A DNA stretch of 63,515 nt, counting the filler, from Choristocarpus tenellus KU-1152 (taxonomy: Eukaryota > Protista > Phaeophyceae): the NCBI GenBank assembly GCA_964200185.2. It is 12 parts of 12 records of this genome, joined end to end, with 100 filler letters (N's around TTAATTAATTAA, not from the genome) between each part and the next. Parts side by side here need not be neighbours in the genome. Positions count along the whole stretch, not along the records: positions 11,142 to 17,564 come from CAXNAD020008169.1; positions 17,665 to 22,359 come from CAXNAD020013436.1; positions 22,460 to 30,671 come from CAXNAD020004989.1; 9 more parts are not named here. One strand, 5' to 3'. The first letter of the stretch is position 1; the number at the start of each line of letters is the position of its first letter. The notes below the pieces were generated by a model. The model was given only the letters and a program-made list of their open reading frames with translations. It was not told the DNA's origin and ran no database searches. The translations under genes were made by a program, and so were the position numbers. Shown here in pieces: positions 11,330-30,530 of the stretch.

Positions 11330-13960
11330 GGATGTACTTTCTCATTAGTTGCATCACATGGATTCAATTCAACACAATAATCTCATATACGCAAAATAAG
11401 GTACACTTCACTAAGCACTCGATGAAAGGGAGGAGCCCATCAGAGTGGGCGATATTAACTTCATCAAGGGGGAGGATGTGACTGATGATGGTATGGCAAG
11501 GATAAATAGGCCTATGACGTTCTTCTAAGGAGTACCACTGACTTCTTCAGGTGCATTGTCCCCAATGCAGCTTCACCACCCGAAGCCTGGAAACTATTGA
11601 GGGAACATTTTCTCCTTCATTCACATGAGGAAATTGCAAGATTGCAGAAGATGGCATTGAATATCAAAATGCTGTGGGGATCTGACCCCCAAATCACTTC
11701 ACCACCATGCTAGACTAGTCAGTCAGATGACATTGCAAATATTGGAGCAGGCACTTCAAGTCACTATGTTGGATTCTTTAGATGACGACTACCGCATTAC
11801 CAAGCATCACCTGCAGCATCATGGTGCTGGTGAGCTTACGAGGGACACCATTCAACGTGTCGCACGTTCGGGATATTTTTCCTTGCAACCTGAAGCAGAG
11901 AACATGGGAGTGCTCTTGCGGTAGGGACCGAGAGCTTGTGGAAGAGCTGTTAAAAAGGCAGCCGAGGAGACGGCCAAGGTATGAATGGTTCGCGTACGGA
12001 CCCTGGTACGACAGGATCCCGTGCCAGGGATGAAATCAGGACGAATAGGAGATGTTCAAACTGTGGACTGATCAAGCATAATGGTCCTTGTTCTTTCGAA
12101 GGACTTATGCTACAACTGTGGAGGGAAAGGACACCTTCAGCTCGTTTGTCGCCAAAAGAGAGCGGCGCTGTCAAAACAGGCGGATGATCATTACTTTGGA
12201 GGAAAAGGCCACCACCAGCTCGGTCGCCAGACGAGAGTAGCAACGCCTAAGCAGGCGGATGGTTTAGTTGGATTAACTATATAGCACCAGCAAGAAAAGG
12301 AAGTGGACGGAAATTCTGGACCACACTAGTTGCTGTGGTCGATCAAGAAAAGGTGAGAGTGTTTAGTCTGGAATGTTGATGTTTTGACTTGGGGGCATCA
12401 AATAGTGGACAAATGACCCAAGTAGCATGTATAGTTTCACCCCGTGTCCATAAGACCGCAAAATCACTGTTCTGATGGCTCATCACTAACCATCAAAGGG
12501 TATGGCATGATTTGAATTTCAACGTAGGCCATGACGAGTGGGTACATGTTACTTCAGTGTCTGTTGCACTAGTCCTAGATCTTGCATTCAACCTTTTTTC
12601 TTAACGCTCTTCCAGCAAGACAGATCGACCACAGCAGCTAGTGTGGTCCTGAATTTCCGTTCTCTTTCTTTTCTTGCTGGTGCTATTGTTGATCCAGCTA
12701 AATCATCCGCCTTCTTATGCGGCATCACTCTCGTCTGGCAATCGAGCTGGAGGTGGCTTTTCCTCCAAAGTAGTGATCATCCACCTGCTTTGATGGTGTC
12801 ACTCTCTTTTGGCGACAAACGAGATCTTGGTGACCTTGAAATTATATGGGCGCCATCAGCCAGAATAAGTACGTCAGGAGTATTTGTCAAAAATTTGGTA
12901 TGGATGGGGCAAACAAAGGGCGTTACCCCATGATATCTCAAGGACTTCAGACAAGAGAGAGCATCAGCCTAGTGTTCATGAAAATACAATTTACAGAGAG
13001 GCAGTCGGTAGTTTGATGTGGGCAGCTGTTATGACAAGGTTAGACATTGCAAATGCAGTTCGTGAAGTTGCCAAATACAGTAGTAACCCTAAACTTACAC
13101 ATTGGCGTGCAGTGAAGTGTATTTTGGCATATGTAAATATGTCTGTATTATATTGACTTTTGGTGGTTTTGATACTGAGAGTGAATTGAGTGTATATGCA
13201 AATGCAGTAGTAACCCTGAAATTACACATTGGCGTGCAGTGAAGTGTATTTTGGCATATTTATATATATGTCCCAGTATTGGACTGACTTTTGGTGGTTT
13301 GATACTGAGCGTGAGTTGAGTCCATGTGCTGATGCTAGTTGTCCTGAAGACTGGAATGATCGTAGATCAGCGACTAGAGGAGCAATATCTTGGATGTCAA
13401 AGGTACAAAATGTTTTAGCTCTGTCTTCCATGGAGAGTCAGTATATAGCCCTTAGCAGTGTGGCACATGAATTGCTTTTCTTAAGAAGTGTTCTTGAGTT
13501 TATCCAGTCATAGTTTTCTAGGTGATGCATTAACATGTTCGAGGATAACAATGGTGCATGCAAACTAGTACACAATGCCACAAGCTCTACTAGAACAAAA
13601 CACATTGATGCCTGACAAAATTTTCTGAGGGACTTAGCGAGAAAAGGAGAGATCCGTGTTGTTTTTGTTGGAACTGCAATCCGAAGGGCACATAACTCGA
13701 CCAAGGATTTGCCAGTAAGATTTTGTAGACAACATGTAAAGTTTTTGATGAAATGTAGAGGAATGACATAGGTGTAGTTTTTTTTTTTTATTGGTGTGAT
13801 TGTTTCAGTGTTAATGCTTATTTTCAGCAAGGGGAGGATGTCGAATAACATAAGTGTTATCCTTCTATTTATGTGCTGATACAAGTATATAACATATTTT
13901 TCATGAACGTTTATCTTTGAGAAGTTACAATACAAAGCAGTAACGTGCATAGTGTTATGG
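11330..13960 (+). mobile_element. Rearranged, degenerate Ty1/Copia LTR retrotransposon
   Basis: Gag-like region with zinc knuckles (CSNCGLIKH, CYNCGGKGHLQLVC); protease-like FDLGAS; RT C-terminus YREAVGSLMWAAVMTRLDIANAV...HWRAVKCILAY; RNase H ADAS...DRRS, ISWMSKVQNVLALSSMESQYIAL, EDNNGA...RTKHID. A polypurine tract AAGGGGAGGA (13829-13838) is followed by TG at the putative LTR start 13839. No integrase is seen. Confidence 0.9.
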
Positions 13961-15697
13961 TGGGTCGATACTAGTGATACTGGACACCTCGTGGGCAATT
14001 CATAATTCAGTGTATGCTTCACCATGTAACTCAACCATTGACTTTGGGCAACGATCCTTTACACGCACTGAGCTATTCAACATCTGCCAAGCCTCTATAA
14101 TCCTCACTCCAATCTCAGCACTGACATGCCATGTTTAAAGACATCCTTCCCATCTTTCACTGCAATCTAGCATACAGGCAGTTTACATGTCTACCACGAT
14201 GTCAAGGTCCTCACTAGTTGCTGCTTGAAGGCTAAGGAACTTCTCGATGATCGCATCTTATGGTGGAGTTCTCATATTGGTTGGACACTAGAGTTTGTTG
14301 ATCAAACTTATCAGTCTTTTGGGCACTTGTTTCTTCCGATTGAGTGCAATTCGGACAAGGAACTCAATCAACAATACAATTCGACTATCCAATTCCTTTC
14401 CAGAACAGGATGTAGATGGTCACATGTCTGCCAACCTTGATGTGTGTGAGAATGTAGTTAAGGCGACATCTCCTCCCCTTGACTCTCATGGAGGTATTGG
14501 AGCATAGGACTTCAGGTGTGCTGAAAAGTGTGTTGACGAGTACAAGTCTAAGCATCCCACCAAATCGCAGTAGTCATGCACTTTGCCATTCAATCCATCA
14601 CATCTGTATGCTCTAAGGATAAGATTGCCACTGCTTGTCCCCCCTTCACTCGTTCACTCCAGTCAGTGTTCGCACGTATGAAGACAAACAGGATAACCTC
14701 AGAAGGCACTTGTTCTACTGCTTCTTGCAGGGATAGTCAGAATCTTTCTTCTCCGCTGTTTTATCTTTCCACCTTTCAGCCCTGGTCCATATCTCACCAT
14801 GAAACATAGCTCCACTCCGACTGCAGGTTGAGGGGCACAAAACTATTACCAATCGTTCCCCGATATGGACTCCTTTCGGCAATGTTCCTCTCATACAAAC
14901 TTGGTTCTTCTTTCCATCATTGCCCACAGTGAGAAGTACAAGTACCCAGTAGGTGCCAGGGAAGATTCTCCAGCTCACCTTATCTCCTGAAGTCCAATTG
15001 CATCATACCCAATGAAAATATATCTATGGTACTCTCATTTCTTTGAACCTCGAGAGGGCTCACCGAACAACGAGTAGGAACAGAGGGAGAAAGAAAGTCA
15101 GACTGCTAACGAACATAGGCCACCGAGGGTACCAATACCAAGCTAAGCAACGCATTCCCTGGGGATACTCGCAGTGTGTGACACCTGGTGGAAGCAAAGG
15201 CAACTATCTCTAAATCATGTCTGTGTGTACGTTCCTGAAGACGTGAAGAAATATCGCAGTTCACGATAGTGTGATGTGGGGGTATGGAAGTGGGTGACCC
15301 ACGACGGTACAGTAGTACAATTTCATTTCTCATTTCCCTATGATCGTGTGGAGCACAGTCCAAGTACAAAATTCAAAAGGCGATCTATCCACCTTACACA
15401 ATATCTTACGTGTCCAGTCCTCAAAACCTCAAAAACTTCCATCATAAGTCGTAATTTTTTTACTAGAATTACGATCCAGAAAGCAAGTTGGGGTTCTATC
15501 CCCGTAGACTTTGCAGCTTTCCACTCTCGACCTTTGATCCTGCAGAAACTACAGAAGTTCCATTGAAGGAGAACGATAAGGATATCACTTCACTCTTTGG
15601 TTGGGGTGTAATGTTTTTTTTTTTTGACACATACTACCACTACTACTTCTCTTGGTTACCACACCTCACCACATCAACAGTGGACGCCCAAGTTGAA

Positions 15698-16618
<921 letters not shown>

Positions 16619-17317
16619 TGAACAATCTAGTTGTTCGTAACGTATGGTTTTGACCACTTGTTAATTATGGAATTTAGTTGATCTATTGTGCTTTGAACCT
16701 ATGAAAGTCTTGGTTCTTGAGTTTCCAAGAATATTCCTTGAAGTCTTTTGCATTTCCCCGTCACTAGTCTTGTGAATGAAATCCTGCAACATGCTGTTGC
16801 ACAAGGCCAGTTTACATCACAAACAGACATACTTTTCCCATACATGGTACTTGGGTTGCTCCTTGTGCTTGCTTTGCTTGGGATTGCAATGACAATCTTT
16901 AGTTCTTCCTGCCATCCCTAGGTCTATATGTCCTCTCACTGGCGCGAAAAAGTACTCCATGTGAGGGGTGTGTGCATTGCGGTGGGACGTACCTCCTGTT
17001 TGTGGTACAAGTGGTGTAGGACCTCAAAGTAGCATGTTGTCATTGTTATGCCTTACATATGTTCCTGCCATTGTTTCCACTCTCCTTCTTGATCAATGCA
17101 CTAGTGCTTGTTGGTTTCAAGATCCTACCAATGTACAATGTGTGTGATGACAGTAGACCTTTTTGTTACTCGAGAGGTATGTTTTGTTTATGTCTAAATT
17201 GGTATATTGAGTGTATGGAAAAACAGCAAAGAACAAATGTGGTGCCGTAACAACATGTCTTCCTGCAGTGCTACATCTAGTTCCTATTTGTATTGGGCCG
17301 TGTGGCGGGGTATATTA

Positions 17318-17564
17318 TGGCCGCATTGTGTTTTCATCCTTAAACTCACGATCAACACTGACTGCCAGTAAATGATAGAAGTCATTTTCAGATCTCTCTC
17401 CTCACTACCCTATCATTCCAACCCCCAATTCCTCCCATTCCACCCTCCTGCCATTCTCTATCAATGCCCTAGACCACACCACTTTTTTTCAAAATCTTTG
17501 TCCTTCATTCTGCACTGGGTTATTGTCTTGGCCGCATTGTGTTTTCATCCTTAAACTCACGATC
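17318..17564. repeat. ~36-bp direct repeat at the contig end
   Basis: TGGCCGCATTGTGTTTTCATCCTTAAACTCACGATC at ~17318-17353 and ~17529-17564. Confidence 0.85.
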
Positions 17565-17694
17565 NNNNNNNNNNNNNNNNNNNNNNNNNNNNNNNNNNNN
17601 NNNNNNNNTTAATTAATTAANNNNNNNNNNNNNNNNNNNNNNNNNNNNNNNNNNNNNNNNNNNNTGGGGGGAATTGATGTGTTGGTTATTGTAG

Positions 17695-20600
17695 GCGAGG
17701 GAAGGCGGCTTGTGATGAAGGAGGTGCTTCGCTCTCATGGTGAAAACATTGAGGTCAAGAGCAGGGCGGTGCCCCAGGCTGCCATTGACCATTTCCGGTG
17801 AGCATCAATGGACGCCTGCTGTATACTACAAATGGTACTCACAAACCTCTGCGGGATATAGTTAGCACAAGTATGGTCACACCCGGTGTCGAATATTGAG
17901 ATACTACATTGCATCCAGGGCAGTGAGGTGTACAACTAACTTACTGTGGTATATCAATATTTGACCAAAAGTTTGTGGGTTTTGAATCCATGGGCCACTT
18001 TCTCGATTTCCTTCACCTGGAGGAAAGAACAGAGAATGTACTGGGGGGGGGGGAGGGGGGGGAGCAGGTTTCGGCTCAAGGGAAAACTTGAAGATCGAGT
18101 TACTTCTCAGTAACTGTGTGTGACTGTAAGCCAGGTGGCACTCCAGTCTGTGATTTTGTAAACTATTGAGATACTCCTGTACCAGCTTGGTGTAACCAAT
18201 TTTGTCCTAACCCTAACCCTAAGGTTAATCTTATTATTTTACTATTTTACTCCTGGCGAAGGGACAAGAGGTGTTACATGCCACACTCTTTTTTTTTAGA
18301 GCTAGGGGCGGGGCAAGGGTTTGCACACCTTGCGAATTTCCTCCATTCCATGTTCCAAGGGTCTATCTAGTATTATAGTGGGTCGTTCCTGGTGTATTTC
18401 ATGCTTGAATTTCTTTTTGATTTCTTTTGCTCATTGATGATGCTAATATAGTTTATCCGGAGAGGACACGCCAAAATGTTTTTTAATTTTTTGTGAGGCG
18501 TAGTGGACTGTCAGATATTACTCTCTGCAGATTTATTGCGGCAGCAGGTGTAGTAATGTTGATATTTTTTATGTAAGCATTTTTTGAACAATTATGACCA
18601 CATGTCTCTAAATTAAATTTCAACCATTTTGTTATCTTTTTGCACTGCACTTATGTTATGTCGCTTGACATCATCAGATGCCTCCTAAAAGTATTGTGTT
18701 AACTCCATTTTATGGTGATAGGGTTAGGGTCCCCTCTCCTCTGTTGCACTTGATTTTGTAGTTGATCTTGTAATTGATCTTGGTGTCCTGAGTGTTTTTG
18801 GTTCTCACCCGTGGTTGTTCTGTTGCTGTGTCAGGTCAAAGATTGAGGGCATGGAGACATCCATTGCCTCCATCCTCCAGGAGGAAAAGGTGAACGGATA
18901 CTTTTTATTCTTTTGATCGTTGTATTTAATGTGTAATAGGATAGGACAAAGAGTTTTGACAGATTAGGGTATAGGTCCCCAAGAGATGTTGTACTGTAGG
19001 GCTATTCATTGCACGTTCTGTTTTGCTCAATGTGACACTCACTTTGTAAGATATATTATGATTAGGGTTGAGGTTGCTTTTGGTACCCCCACCCCCCAAC
19101 AAGTGTGTGGCACCCCTCAAGGTAGGCGTTACTGGGTGCTACTATACCTTATTCTGACACAAATGCGCAGTACCCCCCTCAAGCTAGGCGTTACTGAGTA
19201 CTGCTGTACCTTATTCTGACACAAGTGTGCAATACCCCCCTCAAGCAAGATTGATGTTTCTCAGTACTTTACCTCACTCCAACAGGCCTCCGTGTTTACC
19301 ATGTTGTCAACGGTTACTTTTTGTGGGTCTATTATACCGTTTATGTAGGTTGAGAGAGAGGCTCGTTCAGCAGCAATGGAAATGGATAGGGCCGCTAACA
19401 TGGTTACCCACAGGAAGGAGATACAATCGAGGCCAGCACGTCAGTGGATCATGAGTGAGCACCAGAAGGTCAGTGGAGACTGTGCATAGAATGAGGAGGG
19501 GAGGGGTGGGGCAGGTGGGGCAGGTGGAGCAGGTGGTTGGTGGATGTGTTACTAATGTTTTAGTTATTTTTGTTATTGTTATTATGATTTGTGAGGTATA
19601 GTTTGTTCTGACCTGCTTTTCTTAGGATGATCTGTCAGCACTATGTTGTGTGTTAATAGTAGGGTATTGAATGCTCAGCATAATGGTTAGGTACACAAAG
19701 TCTGCGGCCTTTGCGGGATGGCACTGGTTGCCTGAAGGGTTTGCATCAGGTTCAGGTTTGGTGGGCTATGGCTGAAAAGAGGCCTTTTCCCTTTGTGCCG
19801 GAGCCTGGTTGGAAGGGGTGCGAGCTTTAGGGGCATCTTAGTAATGCTCAGGCCAGAGAGGGATGTTGGGATATTATGGAAGTATTTGTTATTTGCCATC
19901 GAGGAATCTTATGTGTTATTCAGGTATGTATGACCTGATAATGTTTTAACCCTAACCCTAATGTTTTAATATGCAAGAGGTTATATTTTTCGAGATTGTT
20001 ACTCTTCTCTTTAATCCCCCCCACTCCCTCCCCCCCCCCCAGGTTAGGTACAGTGTATGTTAACAATGTTGGTGTGTTGTGTTTGACAGTATTGATGGAT
20101 AGTGAAACGCGTCAGTTATAGTCTTATTTCAACTTCCTGAGTGTGTATTGTTGTTGTGTGGTTGGAGCAGAAGAGTTGGGCAGAAGGATCACCAAGATGT
20201 TTTTGTTTTTCTAGGATATGGATAGATTTATCAGGAAACCTCAAGGATAGGTAGAGGAAGGGTAATTGGTAGTGTATGTAGGAGGTTTAAACTTCCTCGT
20301 TGCACCTCATGGAAGTAGTGGCGTGAGCCAATGATGAACTGCTAAGCAAACTGATGCAATAGTAATTTACCAGTTCTCCTTGGTTACATTGTGGCTGTTA
20401 TCCAAATTCCAATGATTACATTCTGTGATCGAGGGAGATAGGAGCACAGCATCTTGACGTGTTCTGACTTCTTTCTGTTGGTGTTTCTGATGTACGTGGA
20501 CCCCTTGTCCTAGGTCTCGGATGGATAGATAGATGGTTGGCCTTGAGGTTGTTTGCAAATGGAGTGCGGTTTTGTGATACCTTACCCAGTACGCATCCCT

Positions 20601-21427
20601 CTGGGTACAACTCCATTGCATAAACAACTATTGTGGCATCAAAGTTATTCGAATTCTGTTCTTGACAGGAACACCCCCCCCCCCCCCCCCCTTTTCTCCC
20701 CCCCCCCCCCCCCCCCCCCCTCCCCCCCACCCTCTCCCCCCCCCCTTTTTTTTCCGTGTAGAATTGCTCTCTTAACTACTATATTATGTTCAGGCAATAT
20801 TTATTGAGAGGACGACTTCGGCTGCTTGACACCTCTAAGAATTGAATGGCAATGTACCATAGTCTTGGTTCATTTTATTCTTCTATGTTTTGATTGGATG
20901 TGATTGGCCAACCAGCTCAGGTGACGTTTGTAGTAGTAACAGGGGTGAATCGGTTTGTTTCATACTTTGTTTTTGTTTAATTTTCTTTTTGTCACAGAGA
21001 GCACAGGGAGGTGGTCGGGGACATGTTCAGATATTCTCTTTTGCTCTCACACAAACAGAGCGCACTGGCTATTTTTTTGTGGACCATTTCGTCTGACAAG
21101 GTGCACCCGCATTGAAGCCCCTCTATTCCCCAACCTCTTCATCTTGGTGTGATTCCCAGGAGGAGTTGGCAAAGGCTTCAAGGATGGAAGCAGTTGGTCA
21201 GTCCCTACGTGCCACTGGGGCTGATGCAGAGGGGAAGGATGCCGACTCAACGGGTAAAGCTTCCCAGGTTAATGGAAAGGGTACAAATGCTAGGGAGGGC
21301 AGGGATGGGGCCAAGGAGAAGGGCAAGAAGGAGCACCGATTAACCAGAAAGAAGAGGAGGCGCATCATGGCCAGAGAGGCAGAAGAGCAGGAAGCTAAGG
21401 AGGCTGCAGAGGAGAATGCTGCACAAG
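17695..21427 (+). CDS. DDX27: DEAD-box RNA helicase DDX27/DRS1, C-terminal part (exons 17695-17797, 18835-18889, 19349-19468, 21160-~21427)
   Basis: Spliced frame EGRRLVMKEVLR...VKSRAVPQAAIDHFR|SKIEGMETSIASILQEEK|VEREARSAAMEMDRAANMVTHRKEIQSRPARQWIMSEHQK|EELAK...HRLTRKKRRR resembles the DRS1/DDX27 C-terminal region; splice phases are compatible. Confidence 0.8.
19112..19245. repeat. ~62-bp tandem repeat in a DDX27 intron
   Basis: CCCCTCAAG(G/C)TAGGCGTTACTG...ACCTTATTCTGACACAA twice, plus a partial third copy. Confidence 0.85.
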
Positions 21428-22459
21428 GTGTGGAAGTGAGAGTGGAAGTACCGTGGTTGGAGGCGGACTTTGACATGTACACAAATCTGTAGGAAGTGAT
21501 AGCTGTATGGGGTGAGAGGGATTACCCACAAGGTATATTTGAAATTGCAATGTAGGTAGTGTTGTGAAGCAAAAGGTTTGGTGAATATGTGTGATCTTAC
21601 ATTGAATTTTTTTGGAAAATGTGATACACTATGGAGTGCTTGATTAGATTAGGAATGCGTCCGCAACACACAAAGCAGGGTGTGCAAAGAATCTAATGCC
21701 GCAATGAGATTTGGGCACAGTATTCAGGGTGTGCAAGTACGAATTGAATTGAGGTTACAAGTCTGTATTTCGATGTGTGATTATTTGGTAGATTAAGTTG
21801 ACTTTGTAGTGATATTAGATAGTGATAGTAGGAGTGTTAGCGTGTGTTGAAGGTCTTGTTGTGAGATTGGGATACACATTGAAGCCTGTGAAGACAAATA
21901 ATACGGAGTGTATCTTGCTGGTGTTGAAATATTTGGATTGGAGTGTGCTTGTTACAAGTATCTTGTGGAAGACTACTGTGTATCAAGAACAGCATTGATT
22001 GCCTACATAACCTTTATCAAAGCCCAACACGTTCAAAAACATGTGTGTGTTGGTATACATCAGTTGGAATGTGGTAAATTTGATATAATTTCATGGGTTT
22101 TAATTATTGACACACACACACACACACACACACACAATATTCCCTTTGGAAAGTACTTACGCTGGCTGTGCATTGCTGATGTGTATTTGTTGCTCTCAAG
22201 ACAGTCCCTGGTGTTGTCACAGAACTCTATCCTTTGCTCGCTGCAATAGTAATGCCCCTCGCCCTGCTGGATTGCTCCCAACATTTGAAATCTATCACAC
22301 CAGCCTCATAACAGTGTTTGCATGCCACCCCCCCCCCCCCCCCCCCCCCCCAATCCCCCNNNNNNNNNNNNNNNNNNNNNNNNNNNNNNNNNNNNNNNNN
22401 NNNTTAATTAATTAANNNNNNNNNNNNNNNNNNNNNNNNNNNNNNNNNNNNNNNNNNNN

Positions 22460-27298
<4,839 letters not shown>

Positions 27299-29169
27299 CA
27301 CCTTGTCTTGTGAAGCTTCAGTTAGATTCTCTAGCCGTCTTTTTGGATAGCCTAAAGTCACTCCACTGCTGACTGTCTCACATGGAACAGGGAATTGTGT
27401 GTAGGGGTATGGCTCTTTTGTGTGTGTGTGTGTGTGTCGCATCAAGAAGTTTGACATTTGAGCCACTTACTGTGTTGCTGATTGGTGGATGTTTCAAGGT
27501 TGCACGGAAAATCATGAGATGGATGAAGGCGGAACAGTAAAACCAAACTCGCTTTGTTGGACATGTCACACTCTGAACTTGCAAAGTGTAGGAGTCAAGT
27601 TGTGCCTAGGTGGTTGTTGGTTGTCTGGTAGAGGGATGGGGAGCAAGGAACCTAGTCTAGTGTATAGAACCCCCTGTGAAGGTTTGAGGATGGATCCAGA
27701 ACCTGTGAGGGCGATCTGAGTTTAGGCCTTAAGCTTCAACCATTGTTGGTTGATGAGAGATGGAATGAACACCTTTTTGGTTGGCAGGGGCCTCTTTAAG
27801 ATGTGTTCCAGTTGGAAACAAAGCAGCACCAGGTTTTGCGCTGTTTGTTTGTTGAGACTTGCTTTCACTGAGGGCAGCTAACGGCCTATATTTTAGGGTG
27901 TTTTTCTTCTTTTTTGTGGGTGTAGCAAGTCCTTCTCAAAGTGCAGTAGAGAGGTTACCTGCGGAGAGGCGTAAGAAGCATAATTGGGGATGGTGGAGGG
28001 TTACACCACATGCAGAGAGTAGCTTTTTGATAGTGGAGGTTGATGGGGAAATAGGAAAGGGTGTGGTATGATAGTAGGTGATGTGAATCGTACAGGAGAT
28101 TAGACTGGTTACTATATTGCCACTGGTCTCCAAGGTCGATGCTTGGGAACTCTGCCTCACCGAGAGTGTCTTTGCTGGGGACCTCATTACACGTACTTGG
28201 TACATTGTGCTGCGTAACAATAGATAGTGCGTGCAGTTTAGGTGAGATGAAATGTGGCATTGAGCTGTATTTGCACCACTAGAGCTCTAACAAGGGGTAG
28301 CAACCCACGATTTGTGACATCTTGTTTTTGTTGTCATGTTAGGTCTGTTTGTTCTAGCTTCTTTCTCATTGCAGGCAGTGGCTTTGTATGAGCAGTGGGA
28401 GAAAGTATGTTATCGGATGACATTTTGTACGTTGTCTTGTGGACTTTTTTGGGAATCCAAAGGAGGTCATGATGTGAGTTGAGACAACTAACCGAATACA
28501 ATGCCCTGACTGGTTAGAGCGAGATGGTAGAACAGAAGTCCGGCCACTTGATTAGGCAATCAAGCCCCAAGAGGTGGCGTTGGGGAGTGCAGTCAATCAG
28601 ACCAGTGGCATTGATTGACAGTTGATGACATACGTATCCCATACTGTTCGCCTCACTATGTCGTCTATAATATTATTTGCTGGGTTATTTGTTGCTGGTA
28701 TCTTTCATTTACTTGTGAATAGTTAAAAGCTGAGGATGGATGATGGATATAATGACGACAACAAGCAGCCTAACTGGTCAAAGATAAGCAGGCAGATAGA
28801 ACCAATTGAAGTTTACTCCGTTCCATCATCCTGCCAGGTTATGTACCTACCTTGATTTCGGTTTTATTTGAAAATCTTAGCAGCACCCACTTACATTTGA
28901 GTATCACTGATTATATGAGGATGAGTTCCTACGCTTTTGATTGGTAAAAGTACACTCACAATTCCAACCTGACAAACTATAAGGAGGGCACATCTTTGTG
29001 CAAGTTACGATTTGAAACCTTGAAGGCATTATCAAGCCAGTTCATTTTTTGTGTGTAATAATCATGTGGGTTGTACAAAAAGTGAAAAAAAAATCTGTTA
29101 CACAGTTTTTCTTGTAGGGAATGATGGATGATTTTTTCAATTGTGAAAGGTATTGTTGCTATTCCCTTA

Positions 29170-30530
29170 CGAATTGTGCTGGATTCTGTGCCTCCCTCTA
29201 TGAAGTCGGAGCAATCCTTGCATAGAGGGACGGCTATATAGGGGTCTTACTAAACCATCTTCCCAACACCCCTTTCCAGTACCTGACAACATGCTGCTAA
29301 TCCCGCATATTATGAAGCTGTGGCTGTGTAAGGGAAGACGGGCATTTGTCCACATATTAAGCAAGCGCAAAATCGCCCTCGAAAGTGCTGAAAGGGCATG
29401 CATGCACCAGAAGGCAATCGCCAGGAGCCTTAATACTCAATAAACCCCTGTCTAAGATAGAATGACTCTAGGAATCGTAACATTATTGATGGGGAGAGTC
29501 ATTATAGCAGCATCATCCTTGATGTGGGTTAAGCAGCTCCATAGACCATGCTGAGTGAGATTTCTGCGAAGCGTGCCTCTGGCGATGTCCAACTGTGCTC
29601 ACAATGCCTGCAGCATTGTACAGTTCTTGATTGGGATAGCCTTCATGGCCTCCCAAAGCTGGACCAGATTTTATACCTTTTGAGAGCAGCATTAAGGATG
29701 CCCAGGTCCTTCTGCTGCCTGCAGCCCTTCTGTAGTCTGCTGACATTCTTCCAGGAGATGTTTGAAAGGAGGTTCCCGATCGCAGCCCTCCTCCCTCAAT
29801 CCGTCAGGTTCTTCCTCTTTGGTGTCTCAACCTCCCTTTCCTTGTCAGGCATGCATGGTCTAAAGATGTTTGAAAGGCTTTTGACTGGAGCTTTCCAATC
29901 CCGAGGTTTGTTTACCCTCTCTTCACACTGTACCTCACCTGGATTCAGAACTTTGAAAAGTGTGGGAATCCATGAATCAGGTCTCAAAGATGCCAACAAT
30001 ACTAATAGATGTAGTTCCTCTGTTCCATAAGTGTGTGCCACGAAACATCTGGGCTCGCCGAGCAAGAACGGTGCCGAATCGGACGGTAACACCACTGAAT
30101 GAAATCGGGTTGACAATATCCGCTTTCAGAAAAGGTAGGGGTCGAGGATCATTAGGTACAAACTTGAGGTGCTTCAACCCGCCAATGTAGGGGTCTCTCA
30201 GGGTGATTTTGAGGTCAGAACTGGGCACGTCGAGGTTCAGAACGTCAGCATGGCAACCCTCCTGTCGACCCCCCCACGTAGGAAGGGTGCCCAAGTGTCC
30301 CTGAATACATGGGTTGCGCTTGCAGTGCGGCACGCCCTCATGATGATCCCTTGTGAGCATAAACTGCTGCGACACATTGGGCCGGCCCTCGCAGTGGCGT
30401 TTGGAGTGTCCGAGCGTTACATGTGAGGGCTCTGGGAGGACGTCGCCAATCAGCTCGCCCATGGCCACACGCTTGACCTAGGGGTGGCGGCATGTAGTGG
30501 GTGGCCTCCGGAGCTCATACTGACCAAGAT
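29170..30530 (-). pseudogene. Decayed coding sequence, probably transposon-derived, with a C-terminal CxxC...PLCxxC motif
   Basis: Overlapping minus-strand ORF fragments (29977-30468, 29796-30116) and a terminal CACLICGQ...DPYIAVPLCKDCSDF interrupted by stops. Confidence 0.4.

Noticed and set aside
14000-14900. Possible degenerate gag-like sequence
   Set aside because: It looks coding, but no diagnostic motif is present.
20673-20755. Long poly-C/poly-G tracts as G-quadruplex regulatory elements
   Set aside because: Such tracts are common throughout the window and often sit at contig breaks; there is no specific evidence of function.
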